Part shown: positions 36,965-42,372 of the stretch, in pieces | Numbering within the stretch: position 1 is the first letter of the stretch | How the letters are laid out: the number at the start of each line of letters is the position of its first letter | NCBI GenBank assembly: GCA_041577295.1 | Contig: JBFGJG010000034.1 | Span: 1-42,372 of the forward strand | Reading direction: 5' to 3' | DNA length: 42,372 nt | DNA from: Gemmatimonadales bacterium | GTDB taxonomy: Bacteria; Gemmatimonadota; Gemmatimonadetes; Gemmatimonadales; GWC2-71-9 | Notes under the pieces: model-generated | Seen by the model: only the letters and a program-made list of their open reading frames with translations | The model's database searches: none | Told to the model about the DNA's origin: nothing | Program-made: the position numbers and the translations under genes

Positions 36965-37468
36965 GTGCATGAGTTCAAGCCACTCTCCCGAGACGGCATC
37001 CCGGCTGCTCTCGAAAAGGCCGAGCGATATCGCCTGCTGAACGAGCCATGGGAAGCGCAGAGTATTTGTGAGGATGTTCTCGCGATCGACCGCGAGCATC
37101 AGCGCGCACTGGTCATCCTGGTGCTTGCGCTGACCGATCAGTTTGGGAAAGAGATGGGCGTTGACGTGGCGGAGGCCCGAACGGTCTTGCCGCGTTTGAA
37201 GAGCGAGTACGATCAGGCCTACTACGCGGGCATCATCGCCGAACGCCGGGCCAAGGCACATATGGCCCGCGGCGGTCCAGGGTCTGGTGCGATGGCGTAC
37301 GAGATGCTGCGAGAGGCGATGGGGCATTTCGAGCGCGCCGAACAGCTTCGTCCGGCGCACAACGATGACCCGATCCTTCGGTGGAACACGTGCGCACGCA
37401 TTCTCGCTCGGCACGGACAAAACCTCCGCCCGCTCGAGACTGAACGCACCGAGATACAGCTTGAGTAG
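36965..37468 (+). CDS. Conserved helical (TPR-like) hypothetical protein
   Basis: SD AAGGAG. ALEKAERYRLLNEP..SICEDVL, YYAGIIAERRAKA, NDDPILRWNTC. Confidence 0.85.
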   Translation: MHEFKPLSRDGIPAALEKAERYRLLNEPWEAQSICEDVLAIDREHQRALVILVLALTDQFGKEMGVDVAEARTVLPRLKSEYDQAYYAGIIAERRAKAHMARGGPGSGAMAYEMLREAMGHFERAEQLRPAHNDDPILRWNTCARILARHGQNLRPLETERTEIQLE

Positions 37469-37503
37469 TAACGCCAACCGCTAGGCTCCACCGCCACATA
37501 TCA

Positions 37504-37542
37504 CGAACCAAAATGGTGCGAGCTGTGCCCTAATTTGGTGCA
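37504..37542. promoter_or_regulatory. Tandem NtrC-type enhancer boxes
   Basis: CGAACCAAAATGGTGCG (37504-37520) and TGCCCTAATTTGGTGCA (37526-37542) resemble TGCACC-N5-GGTGCA; centres 22 bp apart. Confidence 0.7.
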
Positions 37543-37663
37543 TCCTACTGCGTGACAAGCTGACCTTCCGAAGACCACCCGCGCCCGGAACTCTCTCGTA
37601 CCCTCATGCATCGCTTGTGATTAGGTACCACTCTCACCTGCTCGGCCACGGCCAGTCACGGCC

Positions 37664-37678
37664 GGGAACGGTTGTTGC
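37664..37678 (+). promoter_or_regulatory. Sigma54 -24/-12 promoter
   Basis: GGGAACG-GTTG-TTGC (GG-N10-GC), about 120-160 bp downstream of the NtrC-like boxes. Confidence 0.65.
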
Positions 37679-37719
37679 GCAAGTGAGAGTCATTCTCACG
37701 GTCCCCAAGCCGCGAGTAT

Positions 37720-37837
37720 GCTTCGGGAAGGCAGGCATTCGACGTGGCGCACTGGCCCGGTCGCGTTCCTAACTGGAATTGCAGCCGATGGTCCGTGCGA
37801 CCGCAACCCGCCAGGGAATGCGCTGTCTTCCCGAAGC
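37720..37837 (+). ncRNA. Candidate rod-shaped structured RNA or long inverted repeat
   Basis: Nested pairings GCTTCGGGAAGGCAG/CTGTCTTCCCGAAGC, GCATTC/GAATGC, TGGCG/CGCCA, CGGTCGCG/TGCGACCG, with G-U pairs in the + orientation. Confidence 0.5.
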
Positions 37838-37920
37838 TTCGTATGAGCAGCTTAGTCAAGTGCCAACCAGTGTTCTCCTCTTCTTGCGAGAGGTTATCGC
37901 TATTCTCGTGTGTCGAGGTC

Positions 37921-38151
37921 ATGACGCCTGATCCCGATTCGCCTAAGGCGGGCGAGGCCGCGGCATCTCGCCTCGCGATTCGCTCCAACCTTCGAAATGC
38001 CCTGCAGGTCATCGACCTCTACATTGAGTCGGGCGATCGGGACACGGAGACCATGACACAAACGCTCTCTTCGCTGCGACGACTCATCGCGGGGACGCTG
38101 ACCATTATCGAGGATAGCGGTGGTTCACAACTGATCGATCCGCTTCCCTGA
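37921..38151 (+). CDS. Small helical hypothetical protein
   Basis: GAGG SD before ATG 37921. Two amphipathic helices, IRSNLRNALQVIDLYI and LSSLRRLIAGTLTII. Confidence 0.55.
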   Translation: MTPDPDSPKAGEAAASRLAIRSNLRNALQVIDLYIESGDRDTETMTQTLSSLRRLIAGTLTIIEDSGGSQLIDPLP

Positions 38152-38253
38152 CAACGACATAACCCTTCCAAGCCTCGACAACGAGTGTATACTAGAGAAG
38201 AGATGCACTAATGCACGGCGCCGTGGTGCACCGAGGTTGATGAACCAGGCACC

Positions 38254-39996
38254 GTGTCGATGTCTTTCCAAGTGAGCTCTATGACATCAACCACGGATCT
38301 CACCGGTCGCGCTGCCGATCGCTCCGACGTCTTACAAGCTTGGCAGCATTTGGTAAAGGGCATCGCCCGCCAGCCGAGCCTCGATCTGCAATGCCGGTTC
38401 ATCTGCAGGGAGTTGGCGGAGAGCTTTGGCTTCACTAGAGCGATGATCGCGACGGTCGACAGCGACCGCCGTCAGCTGGTTACGCTCGCTGCCCACGATC
38501 CGACCATCACCAAGCCGCTCTACACCGTCCTCTCCAAACTCTTCTCCACCTCGCTCGAACCCGATCCCGACGGACGGCTTAACACCTCGGCTTGGTGCGT
38601 CGTGAAGCAGGAGCAGGTCTATGTGGCGGATGCCTCCCGCTACGATTTCCGGCCCGACGTCACGTACCAGCGCACGCTGGTGGTCAAGGCGCTCGGAGGG
38701 GAGGAGTATGTCCTAACACCCATCGTCTGGCACCGGGAATCCATCGGCATGTTGGCGGCCGATAAGAAAGGGACCAGCGAGGGGATCTCCACGAGCGATC
38801 GAGACACTTTGCAATCGGTTGCCGACCTGATTGCGCTCGTGCTCAAAGGAACGCCGGAGCCGCCTCTGCAAGCACCTTCGGATCCGCTGGAAGATCAGAC
38901 TTTGGAAGTAGCCGCGGCGGTACACTTCGATCAGGCGTGGCAGATGCAGTCTCTCCTCGACGCACTTCACGAGGGATTGCTGGTCTTGAGCCCCGACGGC
39001 ACCGTTCGCTACCTCAACCACGCCGCGTGCTCATTGCTGCAAGTGATTGCCTGGGAAGCCATCGGACTGCCGTGGACGGACGTGCTACCCATCGTTGATC
39101 GAGTGGGGTTCAAACGCATGCTCGATGAGCATGGAAGCACAGGATGGTCTCCCCCGAAGCGTTGGAAGCTCCGGCGGGGAGATCGCGAGATCGAGCTCAA
39201 GATCGACATCGTTCACGTGCCGTCGGACAGGCTGGAAGGTACCCGGGCTCTGGTGATCGAAGATGTGAGTCATCAGGCGGTGGTCGAGCGAATGCGCAAC
39301 GAGTTCACTTCAATGCTCGTGCACGATCTCAAGGCACCACTGCAGAGCATCGTCGGATTCGCCGAGTTGCTCCGAACGCAACGCCTCGGGGAGCTCAACG
39401 ACGATCAAAAGCGCTTTGTGGCTTTGATCGAGTCCAGCGGTGAACACATGATGCAGTTGGCAGGCGATATCCTCGAAGTTGCGCAGTTCGAGCTCGGCGG
39501 ATCGCTGATGCACAAGAAGGCGGTAAGGGCGCACGAGATCATCGGCACCGTGCTGAATCGCATGCAGGGCAAAGCGATGAACGCGTGCGTCGAGATTCGC
39601 AACGAAGTCGCTTCCGATCTCCCTCTGTTATACGGCGACCCGACGCGCTTGGCGGAGACGTTTCAGAACTTGCTGGACAATGCGATCAACGCGTCGAGTC
39701 CCGGTGGTCGGATGTGGCTCCGCGCCGTGTCCCGCACATGTGACGGAGAGGCCTATGTGCAGTTTGAGGTGGTGGACGAAGGGAAGGGGATCGACCCTGC
39801 GGTCATTCCGCATTTGTTCGAGAAGTTCCGAGTCCGCAAGAAAGTCGAGGAGGGGAGCGGCGCGAGCCACGGTTTTGGACTCGTGATCGCAAGACTCATC
39901 GTGGAAGGACATCGGGGGCAGATTTGGGCCGAGAGTGAGGCCGGGCGCGGGACGACCATTCGACTGACGCTTCCCATCTACCGTAACCGGGAGTGA
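38254..39996 (+). CDS. Cytoplasmic GAF-PAS sensor histidine kinase
   Basis: GAF (LTPIVWHRESIGMLAAD), PAS (LLDALHEGLLVL..YLNHAA), H-box VHDLKAPL, NLLDNA, DEGKGI, GFGL; no TM segment. Start may be 38260 or 38281. Confidence 0.93.
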   Translation: MSMSFQVSSMTSTTDLTGRAADRSDVLQAWQHLVKGIARQPSLDLQCRFICRELAESFGFTRAMIATVDSDRRQLVTLAAHDPTITKPLYTVLSKLFSTSLEPDPDGRLNTSAWCVVKQEQVYVADASRYDFRPDVTYQRTLVVKALGGEEYVLTPIVWHRESIGMLAADKKGTSEGISTSDRDTLQSVADLIALVLKGTPEPPLQAPSDPLEDQTLEVAAAVHFDQAWQMQSLLDALHEGLLVLSPDGTVRYLNHAACSLLQVIAWEAIGLPWTDVLPIVDRVGFKRMLDEHGSTGWSPPKRWKLRRGDREIELKIDIVHVPSDRLEGTRALVIEDVSHQAVVERMRNEFTSMLVHDLKAPLQSIVGFAELLRTQRLGELNDDQKRFVALIESSGEHMMQLAGDILEVAQFELGGSLMHKKAVRAHEIIGTVLNRMQGKAMNACVEIRNEVASDLPLLYGDPTRLAETFQNLLDNAINASSPGGRMWLRAVSRTCDGEAYVQFEVVDEGKGIDPAVIPHLFEKFRVRKKVEEGSGASHGFGLVIARLIVEGHRGQIWAESEAGRGTTIRLTLPIYRNRE

Positions 39997-41381
39997 GCTC
40001 TAGAGTGCGAGAACGATCGCTCCTCGTCGTCGACGACGATCCCAATGTGCTCACCTTTGTGGAAGTCGCGCTGCGGGATCGGGGATATCGGGTGACCGGC
40101 GTGTCGAGTGCCGAGGAGGCTCTGGGAATGTTATCCGAGCTGTCCCCGACGGTGTGTCTGCTGGACGTGCGGTTGCCGGGTATGAACGGTCTCGAGGCTT
40201 TCCGCGCCCTGCGGCAAGCGGGCGTCGAGGTACCGGTGATTCTCTTCACCTCCCACGCGTCGATGAACATCGCAATCGATGCGATGAAGGAGGGTGCGTA
40301 CGACTTTCTCACGAAGCCCGTCCGCGCGGAGGCGCTCTGCCATCTGCTCCAGCAGATCGAACGAGCGGACGAGAGTGGGGCGCAGGATCTCGGGATCTCG
40401 GGAGCACTTGACGAGGATGATGACGGCGATCTGATCGGCAAGAGCCCCGCCATGGTCGACGTATTCAAGACCGTCGGACGGGTGGCTCCAACCGATGCGA
40501 CCGTGCTCATCACGGGCGAAAGCGGGAGTGGGAAGGAGCTGGTGGCCCGGGTGATACACCGGAATAGCCTCCGCGGCGAAGGCCCGTTCATCGCGGTGAA
40601 CTGTGCCGCGATCCCGGAGCACCTTCTCGAAAGTGAGCTGTTTGGCCACGAGAAGGGCGCCTTTACCGGCTCGCTGTACCGCAAGATCGGGACGGTCGAG
40701 CGTGCGAACGGGGGAACGCTCTTCTTGGACGAAATTGGAGACATGTCGTTGGTGCTCCAGGCGAAGATCCTCCGTGCATTGCAGGAGCGAGAGATCGAAC
40801 GGGTAGGCGGGACAGAGCGAATCCCGGTGGACGTGCGGGTGCTCGCGGCGACAAACCGCAACCTCGATACGGCAGTGGCCAAGGGCGAGTTTCGGGAAGA
40901 GCTGTACTATCGCCTGGCCGTCGTCACAGTGCATCTCCCGCCGCTCCGGGATCGGGGCGACGACCTGCGGCGGCTCACGAATCACTTCGTGCGGTGCTAC
41001 TCCCGTAAGCTCGGCGGCAAAGTGAGGCGCGTGAGCGACGACGTGTACGAGGTGCTCGAACGGTATCCCTGGCCAGGGAACGTTCGGGAGTTGCGCAATG
41101 TGCTGGCGCGATCACTGATTCTGAGCAATGGGCCGACCCTTCTGGTCGAAGATCTTCCCGAGCTGCGGACCCGGACCGAGAGTTCGGCACCACCGGACGA
41201 GGAGTCTCTCAAGAACCTGTGTAAGCAGCGGATGAGTTTGGGCGAGCTCGAGCGGCGGTACATCACCGAGCTCCTGGACGAGACCGAATGGAACTTCAGC
41301 CGTGCCGCTGAAATTCTGCAGGTGCACCGAAATACGTTGCGCCGCAAGCTCGACGAATACGGGATCGAGAGGCCCGCCTAG
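39993..41381 (+). CDS. NtrC-family sigma54-dependent response regulator
   Basis: Receiver VVDDD, LLDVRLP, FLTKP. AAA+ GESGSGKE, GAFTGS, DEIG, WPGNVREL. HTH RAAEILQVHRNTLRRKL. GTGA overlap with the kinase gene. Confidence 0.95.
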   Translation: MSSRVRERSLLVVDDDPNVLTFVEVALRDRGYRVTGVSSAEEALGMLSELSPTVCLLDVRLPGMNGLEAFRALRQAGVEVPVILFTSHASMNIAIDAMKEGAYDFLTKPVRAEALCHLLQQIERADESGAQDLGISGALDEDDDGDLIGKSPAMVDVFKTVGRVAPTDATVLITGESGSGKELVARVIHRNSLRGEGPFIAVNCAAIPEHLLESELFGHEKGAFTGSLYRKIGTVERANGGTLFLDEIGDMSLVLQAKILRALQEREIERVGGTERIPVDVRVLAATNRNLDTAVAKGEFREELYYRLAVVTVHLPPLRDRGDDLRRLTNHFVRCYSRKLGGKVRRVSDDVYEVLERYPWPGNVRELRNVLARSLILSNGPTLLVEDLPELRTRTESSAPPDEESLKNLCKQRMSLGELERRYITELLDETEWNFSRAAEILQVHRNTLRRKLDEYGIERPA

Positions 41382-41496
41382 TCCCGCGTAGGACTTCATT
41401 CCCCGTGGGCGCTGTCTCCAACGCCTTAGAGCCGTCACGACGAAGGGGTTGAGGCAAATCGGTCAGCGCCGGCTTGAATAGCGGCATCTGTCCGGT

Positions 41497-41604
41497 TGTG
41501 GGACCGGATATCCCACAGGCGGGAGAGCGATCGTGGATGTGATCTTCCGTAAGCTGTTGACGGGTAAATGGTTATGGGCAATGGAGCCATGGCACGGTCC
41601 TTCC
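41497..41604 (+). promoter_or_regulatory. Palindrome, IHF-like element and near-consensus sigma54 promoter of the exporter gene
   Basis: TGTGGGA-N7-TCCCACA (41497-41517); TAAGCTGTTGACGGGTAAATGGTTA (41550-41574); TGGCACGGTCCTTCC (41590-41604, CC instead of GC at -12). Confidence 0.6.
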
Positions 41605-41626
41605 TTATCCCAGTCGGTAGGGAGAC

Positions 41627-41654
41627 TCGGTATCTATTAATCGGTATCTATTAA
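41627..41654. repeat. Exact 14-bp tandem duplication
   Basis: TCGGTATCTATTAA x2. Confidence 0.9.
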
Positions 41655-41789
41655 TAGGAAAGAAGGGGCGAGCTGGAGAGACCGGGAGCATTCGTCCGCC
41701 GGGAGAGGGAAACTTTGAACTCCCTCGCCCGTATGGATTTCCGGCGCTCGGCTAAGCCACCAGGCAGATAGCGAAAAGGTGCGGCCAGC

Positions 41790-42372
41790 ATGGCGATGGA
41801 CATCCCACGCGAGAAAAAGAAGAGTCCCAAAAAGTACGTCTACGGCGGGGTGGCCCTGGCTGCTGTTGCATTTGTCACGGTGACGCTCGGGAATCTCAAG
41901 CCGGCTGCGCCATCGGTCGACCGGGCCACCGTGTACATGGACAGCGTACGGCGCGGCACCATGGTGCGGCAGGTCAGAGGTCCCGGAACCCTGGTGCCGG
42001 AGCAGATTCGATGGGTTCCGGCGCTGACCGCGGGTCGAGTCGAGCGGAAGCTCGTGGAGCCGGGCACGGAGGTCGAGCCATCGACGATCCTCCTGGAGCT
42101 GTCAAATCCTGAGGTGCAGCTCGAGCTACTGGAGGCGGAGCGGCAGCTCTCGGCGGCGCAGTCGGAACTGGTGAATCTCAGGACCAACCTCGAGACCCAG
42201 CGGCTGAACCAAGAGTGCGTCGTGGCGACGACCCGTGCGCAGTACCTGGAGGCGAAGCGCAACGCCGAGGCTGGTGTTGAGCTGGCTGAAAAGGGCCTCA
42301 TCGCGGGCGCTGAGTTGGCCACGCTGCGCGAACGCGCCGAAGAGCTCTCAATTCGGGTAGAGCTCGAACGGA
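41790..42372 (+). CDS. HlyD/RND-family periplasmic adaptor (3' truncated by window)
   Basis: Absent from the ORF track because it has no stop. MAMDIPREKKKSPKK, TM, then VRRGTMVRQVRGPGTLVPEQIRWV..GRVERKLVEPG..LLELSNPEV and a coiled coil. Confidence 0.9.
   Translation, partial: MAMDIPREKKKSPKKYVYGGVALAAVAFVTVTLGNLKPAAPSVDRATVYMDSVRRGTMVRQVRGPGTLVPEQIRWVPALTAGRVERKLVEPGTEVEPSTILLELSNPEVQLELLEAERQLSAAQSELVNLRTNLETQRLNQECVVATTRAQYLEAKRNAEAGVELAEKGLIAGAELATLRERAEELSIRVELER

Noticed and set aside
41840..42322. 160-aa minus-strand ORF at the window end
   Set aside because: Antisense shadow of the HlyD/RND adaptor on the + strand.
1..42372. CRISPR arrays, IS elements, prophage or defence genes
   Set aside because: No regularly spaced repeats and no transposase, integrase, phage or nuclease motifs were found.

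Overview
GC-rich bacterial chromosomal segment; the gene style suggests Gemmatimonadota (inference). It holds about 40 CDS: two aldo/keto reductases, fdrA-ylbE-like genes, proBA, a cold-shock gene among small proteins, two serine hydrolases, ArsR-SRPBCC-TolB-like genes, a cobalamin riboswitch ahead of a BtuB-like receptor, a FetAB-like ABC pair, a second TonB receptor, E. coli-type frdABCD, a GAF-PAS kinase with an NtrC-family regulator, and a truncated HlyD/RND adaptor. tRNA-Val(CAC) is also present. No IS, integrase or CRISPR array was seen. The best candidate for a new system is 23386-26950: a pseudo-receiver sigma54 activator, a sigma54-type promoter, a ZU5-like lipoprotein ending in the Nup98/PIDD-type autoproteolysis motif HF|STYAISW, and an Asn-rich stand-alone TPR protein. 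This looks like a self-cleaving-peptide signalling circuit, and its promoter motifs recur upstream of the exporter gene at the window end. Several unannotated structured-RNA candidates were also found. All calls come from reading motifs by eye; no searches were run.
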